A stretch of DNA of 64,000 nt. Source: a virus. Each line of letters opens with the position of its first letter. Position 1 is the stretch's first letter. The DNA is taken from positions 1 through 64,000 of the IMG/VR virus record IMGVR_UViG_3300046167_000733. The stretch is one strand, 5' to 3'. The translations under genes and the position numbers were made by a program. Shown here piece after piece: positions 46,403 through 55,864 of the stretch. The notes beneath the pieces were generated by a model that saw only the letters and a program-made list of their open reading frames with translations, ran no database searches and was not told the origin of the DNA.

Positions 46403-47329
46403 ATGTCTTTTGCTAATCTAAAATCTAATCGTACTGATGTTTCTAAACTCGCTAATGCCGCCGCAGAAATGTCAACCACAAAAAAATCCACAAATAAATA
46501 TGAAGACTTACGGTTCTGGAAACCGACTGTCGATGAGTCTGGCAATGGTTATGCTGTTGTAAGATTTCTTCCTGCAGGGGAAGGTCAAGAATTACCTTGG
46601 GTAAGATACTTTGACCATTTCTTTAAAGGTGCTACAGGTCAATGGTATGTAGAGAAATCTCTTACCACACTGGGTGGACAAGCAGACCCTGTGAGTGAAT
46701 ACAACTCACGTCTTTGGAACTCTGGTATCGAAGAGGACAAAGAAACTGCTCGTAAACAAAAGAGACGACTACATTATGTAACCAACATTATGGTACTAAG
46801 TGACCCATCTAATCCTTCTAACAATGGTAAAGTATTCCTTTACGACTTTGGTAAGAAAATCTTTGATAAGATTATGGATAAGATGCAACCTGAGTATCCT
46901 GATGAAACTCCTGTCAACCCATTTGACTTTTGGAGTGGTGCTGATTTCCAACTCAAGATACGTAACGTTGCGGGATATCGTAACTACGACAAGTCTGAGT
47001 TCAAGTCTCCGACACCTCTATTAGAAGGTGAAGAAACTAAACTAGAAGCAACCTATAATACTATGCATGACATGAGTGAGTTTACTGACCCATCATCATA
47101 CAAGTCTTATGATGACTTGAAGGCACGACTTGAAGTTGTGTTAGGTCAAGCAACTGGTTCTGGTTCTACTATGAAGAATGAATCATTACAGAGAACTGCC
47201 GAGACTGTTGGGTCTAAGTCAGTTGAACCTCAAGTGATACCGTCTGCACCTCAACCGAAGGTCGCGATGGCATCTGAGGGAGATGATGATACATTATCCT
47301 ACTTCGCGAAACTCGCGGCAGAGGATTAG
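46403..47329 (+). CDS. gp32: single-stranded DNA-binding protein gp32
   Basis: D.RFWKP.VD.SGNGYAVVRFLPA, GKKIFDKI, NPFDFW.GA.F.LKIR.V.GYRNYDKSEF, acidic tail DDTLSYF.KLA. Confidence 0.95.
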   Translation: MSFANLKSNRTDVSKLANAAAEMSTTKKSTNKYEDLRFWKPTVDESGNGYAVVRFLPAGEGQELPWVRYFDHFFKGATGQWYVEKSLTTLGGQADPVSEYNSRLWNSGIEEDKETARKQKRRLHYVTNIMVLSDPSNPSNNGKVFLYDFGKKIFDKIMDKMQPEYPDETPVNPFDFWSGADFQLKIRNVAGYRNYDKSEFKSPTPLLEGEETKLEATYNTMHDMSEFTDPSSYKSYDDLKARLEVVLGQATGSGSTMKNESLQRTAETVGSKSVEPQVIPSAPQPKVAMASEGDDDTLSYFAKLAAED

Positions 47330-47336
47330 GACTAAG

Positions 47337-47363
47337 GGGAGACTTTCGGGTCTCCCTTTTTTT
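47337..47363 (+). terminator. intrinsic terminator between convergent genes
   Basis: GGGAGAC-T-TTCG-G-GTCTCCC hairpin + T7. Confidence 0.9.
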
Positions 47364-47364
47364 A

Positions 47365-48855
47365 TCACATTCCTTGAATAAGACTACTACCATATCCTCT
47401 AGCAAGTCCAAATCTATCTTCTCTATTAAGTGCATCAGAAATCATACCCACGAGACTAAATCCACCACTGCTATTATGGATTTGACTATTGTCGGTTGTT
47501 GGAGCATTGACTATAATTGGTAGGTTCGTTCCTAACAACTGACTATTTGGTCCTCTTTCTAATAAATCTTCCAAGTTTTTAAGGCGTATTGCCTGTTTCT
47601 CCAAGTGTCTTATTCTGTCAATTTCTATCTGCTCAAGTCTATCATAAATTTCTGGGTTAGGTAATAATTTTAATCTACTAAACTCATCAAGTTCTGTTTG
47701 AGTTCTACCCGTCATATTAAATTTTGCTAATTGTCTTTCAATCCTCAAATCCCCTATACCTTCCCTACCACTTCTTCTTCCCTTTAGAAAATTTCTTGAC
47801 ATTTCTCCAATTCCACCTGGAAGAATAGTGCCTAATGTCGCAACAGTATCTCCTAAAACATTTGTAACTGGCGCAACTATTCCTTCATCAAATCCAAATA
47901 AAGTCCCTCTGACAATACCCATTTTTTTTATTGCTTTATCTTGTACTTCAAATCTTGCTTTTTGTTCTACAAACTTTGTATTAAAAGATGCTCTCTGTCT
48001 TTCTCTGAATGTTCCATTTTGAATTACGGCATCCATAATTTCTTTTTGTTTGTCTTGAAGTTTTTGACTTTTAAACAGTCTTCCTATAATACCATATGCC
48101 TCAGACTGAAAATTAATTGCCTCATCATTCATTCTTGCCATTAATGCACCAAAACCAAATTGTTCTCTAAATTTTAAAACATTCATTCTGGACTTCTGGT
48201 AAAAATTCATCTCCTCATCAGCAATCTCATTAAACTGTTCACCTCTCTTCTTTGTAGAGGTTATTTTATCTAACGCCAAACCAATACCACGCGCGGCAAA
48301 GTTCAACACAGGGGTACCTTTAAACTTATCTTTTAATCCCTGTTCACTTGCACCCATCCTGCGTGGTTCAATTAAATTTCTTTTTTCTTGAACCTCCTCA
48401 TCACCTACGACTACATCTTTTATATTATCAAGAAGTTTTCTTATTGGTCCAATTGATTTTGAAAGTGCTAATAAAGCAAGACCTATTCCTACAATTCCTA
48501 ATAAGAATAATCCAAAAAACTTCAGTGTTTTCATAGAGAAGAGTTTGAACTTTTCATCACTTTTTTTCTTATCTTTTTTCTGATTCTTGAAGAAACCAAA
48601 TAATTTAGAGAACTTTCCATCAGTCTTTTTATCATTATTCTTTTTTCTCTTTTCACCTTCTGCAGTATCACCTTCTTTAGAGTTTTTGTCTCTTTTTAAA
48701 CCTTTAAACTGTTTATCAAATATTTTTATTTGTGTTACTAATAACTCATTTGTTGTGTCAACCTTTTCCGCAGTTTGCGCGGCAAAAAACGCAGTTTCTC
48801 CGAGTGCCGCTTGTTGTTCATCTCGCATCTTTTCTGTTACATCTTTTAATGCCAT
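47365..48855 (-). CDS. baseplate hub / tape-measure protein (gp29-like)
   Basis: Position after gp26-gp51; helical, with a hydrophobic segment and C-terminal IVNAPTTDNS. Confidence 0.55.
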   Translation of the reverse strand: MALKDVTEKMRDEQQAALGETAFFAAQTAEKVDTTNELLVTQIKIFDKQFKGLKRDKNSKEGDTAEGEKRKKNNDKKTDGKFSKLFGFFKNQKKDKKKSDEKFKLFSMKTLKFFGLFLLGIVGIGLALLALSKSIGPIRKLLDNIKDVVVGDEEVQEKRNLIEPRRMGASEQGLKDKFKGTPVLNFAARGIGLALDKITSTKKRGEQFNEIADEEMNFYQKSRMNVLKFREQFGFGALMARMNDEAINFQSEAYGIIGRLFKSQKLQDKQKEIMDAVIQNGTFRERQRASFNTKFVEQKARFEVQDKAIKKMGIVRGTLFGFDEGIVAPVTNVLGDTVATLGTILPGGIGEMSRNFLKGRRSGREGIGDLRIERQLAKFNMTGRTQTELDEFSRLKLLPNPEIYDRLEQIEIDRIRHLEKQAIRLKNLEDLLERGPNSQLLGTNLPIIVNAPTTDNSQIHNSSGGFSLVGMISDALNREDRFGLARGYGSSLIQGM

Positions 48856-48879
48856 ATCTTTACCTTATTACTCTAAGAA

Positions 48880-49049
48880 TTATTTATTCTTTTCTGCCTC
48901 TTCTTCAAGATGTGTTTCCAACAATGTCAAATAAACTTCTCTTTCCCAAGGCATCATATGATTGATATCAGTAAGAGAATAATTGAAATGTTGCATCAAC
49001 GCGAAATTAGTTTGATAGTGATTAATTAAACTATCATGTGAGAGGCATA
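48880..49049 (-). CDS. gp51: baseplate hub assembly catalyst gp51-like (first ATG at 48996; conserved-looking frame starts earlier)
   Basis: HDSLINHYQTNFALMQHFNYSLTDINHMMPWEREVYLTLL, translated by hand. Confidence 0.8.
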
Positions 49050-49757
49050 CTAAAAAAAATCTGAGAGACCCTCCAATGTTAATTTGTTTTCTCTATTACA
49101 AGCAGAACAAGTCCACTCAATCTTTTTCTGTAGTGAAGGAGTACTATCAATAAACTCTGTAACTTTCTCAAATTGTTGAGTTGTCATAGAGTCAATAAAC
49201 CCTGTTATTTCTTCTGAACTCCACTCCGTTATTCTTTCGTCTGGTGTGTTTATAGAAACTATACAATCCTTTACCATAATCATACCAAACTCTGAACCTG
49301 ACATACCTTCTTTATAATTATTAATAAATGCTAGATAAGTTGGATATCTTAATTCTATACTTATTTCTTCGTTTAATTCGATAGTAGGACTCTTTGGATT
49401 GTCTTGAACAATTTCCACACTCGTCAAGTCAACAACAACTTCTGTACTTGCTTCACAACCTTCCTGTTGACATTTTGCGTTAAAGTTTGAGGTTTCTCCT
49501 ACAGACCTTGCGCGTATTTGAGTAAACAAATATTCAACATCATATGTTGTTAACATTTTTGGGTTTAGTGTATCATATACACATGCAACAATAGTATCTA
49601 TCATTGCCCTCATAGAAAGTTTTTCATCTTTAGACTCAAATGCCTGTAAAAGTATTTTCTCTTCTTTTACGAAATAGGGTCTGAAAGTTATTTTCTTTTT
49701 TGAAGAGGGTATCTCAAGTTCATATCTGATTGATTCATTTAATTTAGGTAGTGCCAT
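49050..49757 (-). CDS. gp26: baseplate hub assembly protein gp26-like
   Basis: MALPKL..YEL.IPS..RPY.VKEEKILL, DVEYLF.QIRARSVGE, LEGLSDFF. Confidence 0.88.
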   Translation of the reverse strand: MALPKLNESIRYELEIPSSKKKITFRPYFVKEEKILLQAFESKDEKLSMRAMIDTIVACVYDTLNPKMLTTYDVEYLFTQIRARSVGETSNFNAKCQQEGCEASTEVVVDLTSVEIVQDNPKSPTIELNEEISIELRYPTYLAFINNYKEGMSGSEFGMIMVKDCIVSINTPDERITEWSSEEITGFIDSMTTQQFEKVTEFIDSTPSLQKKIEWTCSACNRENKLTLEGLSDFF

Positions 49758-49789
49758 AATATTTATTTTTTCTCCATAGTAATATTATA

Positions 49790-50494
49790 TTAAAAGATTT
49801 TTCTTAGTATTCCACCAAGTAGTGCTTCGCCTAGTTGACTTCCTCGTGTTTTAAAGTTTTTGCTTTCCCAATTTTTGTAAGATAGTTGAACAGTAACTTC
49901 CATCAATCCTCCCTCACCTGTTGCGAGAGGTAATACATTCATTGATGTAGGAAAAGCATTTATAAGTTTACATTCATATACAACATCTTCTGGTAATATA
50001 GCATTGAGGTCAAACTCACCTTGTGCGAAATCTAGAGGTCCAAGTCTCGGTAATCTTCCCCTAATACTTGATGGTATCTTACCTGTATCAAATAATTTTT
50101 TCTTTGCAATAGGAAATGCCACACCTTTTTTGAGTTGTTGTATTGTTACAGTTTTGGTATAGTCGCTATGATAACCTATAGTTTGTGCTTCTTGATTAAA
50201 CGCAAGATTTTGCCATTCTTCAAAATACGACCTTGTTTTGTAATCATTCAAAATATAAAAAGACATCGCAACATCTGCAACTATATATCCATACGCAACC
50301 TTTTCCACTTCAGTTCCTGAACGAGAATCAATCGTTGTTATTTGTCTTCCTGGAAGGTCACATCTAGTACAAAGTATTGTCATTTCTCTTGCATTATCAT
50401 TAATAGGAGGCAACTGAACCCTGAACATATTGCCCATTGCCATACCACCACCAGATGATACCTCTGAAAGGAAATCGTCTATACTTACTGCCAT
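49790..50494 (-). CDS. gp54: tail tube initiator gp54 / tube-like protein
   Basis: N.FRV.LP, LPGR.I.T, F..WQ, L.NAFP.S, V.V.LSY..W. Confidence 0.75.
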   Translation of the reverse strand: MAVSIDDFLSEVSSGGGMAMGNMFRVQLPPINDNAREMTILCTRCDLPGRQITTIDSRSGTEVEKVAYGYIVADVAMSFYILNDYKTRSYFEEWQNLAFNQEAQTIGYHSDYTKTVTIQQLKKGVAFPIAKKKLFDTGKIPSSIRGRLPRLGPLDFAQGEFDLNAILPEDVVYECKLINAFPTSMNVLPLATGEGGLMEVTVQLSYKNWESKNFKTRGSQLGEALLGGILRKIF

Positions 50495-50497
50495 ATC

Positions 50498-51085
50498 TTA
50501 ACCTATCATTTTTCTTGAATCTTTATACGCAGTAAGAGGATTAGGTATCTTAGCAAACTGAGCAATCGGAAGGAATGTTGCAATCTCCCATTCAGGGGCG
50601 GGTACTCTCGCGAACTGACTTTTTACATGGGCAGAAAGGTAATGTTTAAAACACGGTTTGAAATATCTCATACTACTCATACCTTTGAGTCTTTCATATG
50701 TAATATCAAACTTTGCGTTAGGTGATTTCTTACTTGTAGCAACTTCCATTAATGAGTCTAACATCTTTGCCCTTAGTACAGGGGGAAGGTAGTGAAGATT
50801 CAATCCATAGAAACCTTTCTCAGCAGGACCAACTACAACAACCAAAGGAAACTTATCGTAATAAGGTAGTGTATCTTTTGTCTTTGGGTCATAGAAGAAC
50901 ATCTGCATAGAACCAACGATTTCTTGTCCACCTCTTTCGATAGGGTCTTCTTGCATTAGGTCTTTACGATTGATTCCACGTAATGCCTTTGCACGTTGAC
51001 GAAACCACTTACGTGATTCATCGGTACGAGGGTTCACACCCGCGCGGAATGCTTCTCTTGATAGTGTATCGAATATCTTACTCAT
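50498..51085 (-). CDS. gp2: DNA end protector protein gp2
   Basis: FFYDPK.K.TLPYYD.FPL, GLNLHYLP..R, PCFKHYL..HV, FLP.AQF. Confidence 0.9.
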   Translation of the reverse strand: MSKIFDTLSREAFRAGVNPRTDESRKWFRQRAKALRGINRKDLMQEDPIERGGQEIVGSMQMFFYDPKTKDTLPYYDKFPLVVVVGPAEKGFYGLNLHYLPPVLRAKMLDSLMEVATSKKSPNAKFDITYERLKGMSSMRYFKPCFKHYLSAHVKSQFARVPAPEWEIATFLPIAQFAKIPNPLTAYKDSRKMIG

Positions 51086-51090
51086 ACGTC

Positions 51091-51098
51091 TATTTATA
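51091..51098 (-). promoter_or_regulatory. T4-type late promoter (minus strand)
   Basis: TATAAATA just before the gp2 ATG. Confidence 0.75.
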
Positions 51099-51584
51099 CT
51101 ATTTTTTACGACGTTTGTAAGGTTTTATTGGTTTTAATGGTTTGGTTGACTTAGGTATAATAGACTTAAGAGGTTCGTTCTTCTCAGTCCATATCACAAA
51201 CTCCCAACCCCTGTCCTTGGCATATTCTTCTGCCGCTTCCCATTTGTTCACGTTCTTAATATAAGTTAAACTCTCGGTAAGATATCTCTTTGTCCTTCTT
51301 GCCCCCTTGGGAGGTCTTGTCTGTCCATCGGGTTTTATCTCCACAAGGAATGTCTTACCCTGTTTAGTTGAAAGTTTCAAGTCCATAAAGTATCGGTGAT
51401 ACTTCCTATCTACTTCATATAGATAAGGTATAACAACTTCTTCAGATGACCATTTAATTATATTGGGGTTGTCGTCACACCACTTGAAGGCATGTCGTTC
51501 CCATAGAGAACGATAGATGACCTTGGTTGGGTCACCCTCATACTTAGATGGATTTTTTACTGAATATCTTCCAGAATATGCCAT
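51099..51584 (-). CDS. gp4: head completion nuclease gp4
   Basis: Y.G.Y...NP.KY.GDP..V.YRSLWER, WSSEE..IPY, HRYF.D, VEIKP, N..KW.AA. Confidence 0.92.
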   Translation of the reverse strand: MAYSGRYSVKNPSKYEGDPTKVIYRSLWERHAFKWCDDNPNIIKWSSEEVVIPYLYEVDRKYHRYFMDLKLSTKQGKTFLVEIKPDGQTRPPKGARRTKRYLTESLTYIKNVNKWEAAEEYAKDRGWEFVIWTEKNEPLKSIIPKSTKPLKPIKPYKRRKK

Positions 51585-51592
51585 AAAAACCT

Positions 51593-51600
51593 TATAAATA
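51593..51600 (+). promoter_or_regulatory. T4-type late promoter
   Basis: TATAAATA upstream of gp48. Confidence 0.75.
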
Positions 51601-51637
51601 GACTTGACGAATATAAACTATTTAGTAGGAAAATAAA

Positions 51638-52852
51638 ATGGCGTTTATGACTCCACCAGACATTAACAAACCTAATGAAACTTTAGCAAACTCTCAGAAT
51701 GTTTATGGGGGAGAAGGTAGTGAAGTTATAGTAACTGCACAAATAAATAGAGATATGCAAGACAAAGACCTAAGATATCCTCTTGATGTTGGAGAAACTG
51801 CAGGTTTAGACAGTTATATTGAATTTAGATTAGTTAACGAAGAAACTCTTGATATAGGTAATGTGGTTAAAAGTATTGTAGATACTGCAGTTGCTCTCAA
51901 GAATAAAACAGTTAAACTTGGTAAAGATGTCGGTGGTGCCTTTGTAGCGGGTGCAACTGAAGAAGAGATAAAGATAGGACAAGCGGCAATACGTACTACC
52001 GCTGTAGAGGTTGGAGGTTCCTTTTTAAATACTGGCAATGAGTTGCTAAACACAGTAAGTGCAGGTTTTCAGACAGGAGCAAACACTGCAATGTTTGTAG
52101 ACGATGGTGAGGTAGTATATGTGGAACCCGAAACAAAAGGAAGAACAGTAAAACTTTATATGCCTCCTAGTTTTTCTTATTCTGACGGTGTAAACTATGA
52201 TAATGTTGAATTGGGTGTTGGTGGTGCTATGAGTTTAAATGCTTTAACTAAAGATAGAAAAACAAGCGTACTAAAAGATGCACTATCATTAGGTGCAAGT
52301 ACTATAGGTGCAATGGCATCAGGTAATTCTGAAATGACCTCTCTTGCTTACCAAAGAGTAGCAGGAAAACTTTCTAGTGTTCTAGGTGTTGAACAACTTG
52401 CAAGTGGTACGGGAATGGCAGTAACAAAAGCGGCAACAAGAATTGTTACTAGTCCTAATGTAAGAGTTCTTTTCAACAGTACAAATATGAGAAACTTCTC
52501 TATGACATTTAATCTTATAGCATCATCAAAAAAAGAAGCAGAAGAAATAAAAGAGATTGTAAAACATTTTAGAAAAAATCTTTATCCTATCGCAAAGGTA
52601 GCAAACTTTGGTGGTAAACCTGTAGAGTTGGGATTAAAATATCCAGATAGGTTTCTTATTAATATGATGTTTCAAGGTAAAGAAGTTTTCACTAAAATAA
52701 AACCTTGTTACTTGACAGGTGTTCAAACCGTTTACAATGCTGAACAAACAGGAATGCATGCTGACGGGAATCCTTACAAGGTTGATGTAACACTTAACTT
52801 TGCAGAATCACTTGCTATAAACAGGCAAGATGTAGAATATGGAGGATACTAA
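51638..52852 (+). CDS. gp48: baseplate tail tube cap gp48
   Basis: LRYP, LYMP, P....LF....R.F..TF, EA.EI..IV..FR, C.L..V...Y, L.F.E. Confidence 0.8.
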   Translation: MAFMTPPDINKPNETLANSQNVYGGEGSEVIVTAQINRDMQDKDLRYPLDVGETAGLDSYIEFRLVNEETLDIGNVVKSIVDTAVALKNKTVKLGKDVGGAFVAGATEEEIKIGQAAIRTTAVEVGGSFLNTGNELLNTVSAGFQTGANTAMFVDDGEVVYVEPETKGRTVKLYMPPSFSYSDGVNYDNVELGVGGAMSLNALTKDRKTSVLKDALSLGASTIGAMASGNSEMTSLAYQRVAGKLSSVLGVEQLASGTGMAVTKAATRIVTSPNVRVLFNSTNMRNFSMTFNLIASSKKEAEEIKEIVKHFRKNLYPIAKVANFGGKPVELGLKYPDRFLINMMFQGKEVFTKIKPCYLTGVQTVYNAEQTGMHADGNPYKVDVTLNFAESLAINRQDVEYGGY

Positions 52853-53610
52853 TGCCTACTTCATATTTCAAAAACTTTGCTACTATAGGTTACAGATTTG
52901 GTGACAATGAACTTCCTGTTGCCTTCAAACAACTTTCTCAATATGTTTCTGTATTAGAAGAAACATTTAATAATGCTACTTTGTTTAATAAGTATACAGT
53001 AATCGCAGGAGAAAGACCTGACACATTATCGTTTAAACTCTATGGAACAACAGACCACTATTGGACATTCTTTCTTATGAACGAACATCTCCGTGAGTCG
53101 GGTTGGGCAATACCGTCTTATGATTTACTTGATGAAGCAAAGTCTCGTTATCCTTATAGAACTGTAACAACAAACACAGATGTCTCTGCAAACTTTCCAG
53201 TAGGTCAAGTCGTGACAGGAGCATCAAGTGGCACAACAGGAACTATCATTCGTAAGATACCTGATTTAGGACAACTTGTGATTGATACAGGCGCAGAACC
53301 TAATACCGACAAATTTAGTTCTACTGAAAACATAACCTATCAAGATACTGATGGTAATATACAATCTGCAGTTCTCATTGCAGAGTCCGAACAATATAAT
53401 TCTGTTCATCACTATGAAGATGCTGATGGAGTTTATCAAGACTTAACATTATTTGATTTTGGAACAGTAGGTGCATCTTTAACGCCTGTTACATATAGAG
53501 ATAGAATTGAATCACGAAACGATGAGTTGAAAGAGATTGTTGTTATCAAACCAAGTGCTATTGATGGAGTATCCCTTCAATTCAAAGAACTTATGAAACA
53601 AAGATTATAA
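52852..53610 (+). CDS. gp53: baseplate wedge subunit gp53 (LysM-like)
   Basis: YF.NF, GERPD.LS..LYG....YW..FLMN, VHHYED, E..N.E...I. Confidence 0.85.
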   Translation: MPTSYFKNFATIGYRFGDNELPVAFKQLSQYVSVLEETFNNATLFNKYTVIAGERPDTLSFKLYGTTDHYWTFFLMNEHLRESGWAIPSYDLLDEAKSRYPYRTVTTNTDVSANFPVGQVVTGASSGTTGTIIRKIPDLGQLVIDTGAEPNTDKFSSTENITYQDTDGNIQSAVLIAESEQYNSVHHYEDADGVYQDLTLFDFGTVGASLTPVTYRDRIESRNDELKEIVVIKPSAIDGVSLQFKELMKQRL

Positions 53611-53616
53611 TATATA

Positions 53617-55052
53617 ATGCAAAATAATAATCAAAAGGCACAATATACAATAACATCTGCTGTCATTCACGCGGATAGGTTTACTATTACGGGTAGTAAA
53701 AGTGAAACGAGACTTATAGACTTTGAGGTTTTTAGTAATTTAGTAGAACTTGTTATCTATGAATCTCTTGACAAATTATATCTTACAGGGCAAGTTTCTA
53801 TTTTAGACAAACAAGGAATTTTTTCAACTATACAATTTCAAGGAACCGAAAAAATAACCTTTGCGATTAGTACTGCAGATGTAAATGATACTCCAATTAT
53901 ATTCAATAAAACTTTTATAATGAGTGAGATTATAAGTCAAACTAAACATAAATCGGGAAAGTCAAGTCTTTTTGTATTCAACCTTATAGACGAGCATGGT
54001 TTTCTTGGTCGTGTTTCTAAGATAAGTAAATCCTATAACGGAAGTCTTGAAACAATTATAAAAAGAATTTTACAAAACGAGTTAGGAAGGACAGTTGATA
54101 TTGCCTATACAGGTGCTAAGAGTGGTGATGAAGAGTTTAGTATTCAAGGAGATATCACATGTATCATTCCAAATATGACTCCAATCACTGCTATAAATTG
54201 GTTGTGTAATAGAATAACAACAGATAATGGCACTCCTTACTTTGCGTATTCAACACTTAATTTACCCAATCAAAAGGGCGAGAGTGACGAATCACAATTA
54301 GATGATGAAGATAAAGAAAAAGGGTAATCTTATCAGAATTGGTAACTTAGATACTATGTTGACTCAAGAGGCATTCAATAATATACCGTTTGTATACAAC
54401 CCCAACTCAAGAAGTGGTTTACAGGTCAAGTGTTATTGAACAACTCTTTAAAATTAAAAACATAAGTTTTGATAGAACATCGAACACATTGAAATTATTA
54501 GAACTTGGGGCAGTTTCATCAGAATACTCAAACACAAATTTAGGAACAGGTGAAGTATTCACAACAAAACATGTGTTGAGTGACCAACTTAGAAATCTAT
54601 CAAGTAATTCTATCATAGGCAAGAATGAAGAAACCACACAGAATGTTTTTGATGAAGAATTATTATTGAAAGGTTCTAGGGTTGAGACATACTCTGCAAA
54701 AAATTATCATACCATTACCTCTACAGGAACATATGGTAATTTGAAAAGTTATCATGACGAGACAGACGAGAATAAATTTAAAGTAAAAATCTCTTCAACC
54801 GCAATTAAAAATGTTCTTCATAAAAATAGTATAACTATTGTTGTAGAAGGGGCATCACTTGCTATTGGTAGAGTTACTGTTGGAGACATTATAAATATTG
54901 TTGTTGTAAGTGATAATGTGGATGACGAAGGTAGGGGTGTACCTGATATGAAAAATTCAGGAAAACATTTAATATACGACCTCAAGCATACCTTTTCAGG
55001 TGAGATACATAATGCTACATTAACCCTTTGTAAATTGGAGTCTATTCAGTAA
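53617..55052 (+). CDS. baseplate hub protein (gp27-like; indel near 54322)
   Basis: IYES..K.YLTG...I.D, G.EKI, IIPN..P..AI.WL, SG..LI....H; position between gp53 and gp5. Confidence 0.7.
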
Positions 55053-55864
55053 TGTTAGAATATTATGGTGATAGCACTCGTTGGTTCATAGCAACAGTTG
55101 TAAACTCAACTCCCCCTGCAGGGTATGAAGGGCGAGTAAAGATACGCATACACGGATTGCATAGTTCATCTACACAAGATATTCCAGAAGACCATCTACC
55201 TTGGGCACAATGTGTTCTCCCCACAACAGAAGGTGGAGTATCGGGTATCGGTAAGATACCTCGTGTGTTACCTAGTGCATTAGTGTTCGGAATGTTTATG
55301 GACGGAAAAAGTTCACAGACACCTATTGTTTTGGGTTCACTTCCTAAAATAGAAAGTCCTTCTGAAATACAAAAACTTACAAAACAAAGTAGTGTTGAAC
55401 AAGGTGCGGTTCTTGCAAGTACATTAGATATAAAGAATGCAGTACTTGATGTTCCTGATGCAACAATCAAAAACAACAGGATTGAGTTTTGTTTACAGTT
55501 TTTTCTTAACTTAGGATACAGTTATATTCAAGCAAAAGGTATTACCGAAAATCTTTCACAAAAAGGAATGGTTTCAGGATTTAGGGGAGAAGATGAAAGT
55601 GGTCGGTTTGGTGTTGCAGAATGGTCAGGAGAAAGATTTAAAAATCTAAAAGCATTCTCTGAATATTTTAAACGATTTACAACACAACTTGAATTTATTG
55701 CATTTGAACTAAACGGAACACAAAGGTCTGCCAACATTCGTTTATTACAGACAGATAGGTATAGTGGAGAAAAGGGTTCCTTAAATATATTTGCTAAATA
55801 CTACTTGAAATTAGATTTGCTTCAATTAGAACAACTTGAAAGCAAAGGAGATTATAGTGAGTAA
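55052..55864 (+). CDS. gp5: gp5 N-terminal OB-fold fused to a phage-tail-lysozyme-like domain
   Basis: WFIA.V..GRVKIRIHGLH..LPWA..V.G.FMDG..Q.P.VLG; then FG.A.W...R...L...QL.FI..EL. Confidence 0.8.
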   Translation: MLEYYGDSTRWFIATVVNSTPPAGYEGRVKIRIHGLHSSSTQDIPEDHLPWAQCVLPTTEGGVSGIGKIPRVLPSALVFGMFMDGKSSQTPIVLGSLPKIESPSEIQKLTKQSSVEQGAVLASTLDIKNAVLDVPDATIKNNRIEFCLQFFLNLGYSYIQAKGITENLSQKGMVSGFRGEDESGRFGVAEWSGERFKNLKAFSEYFKRFTTQLEFIAFELNGTQRSANIRLLQTDRYSGEKGSLNIFAKYYLKLDLLQLEQLESKGDYSE

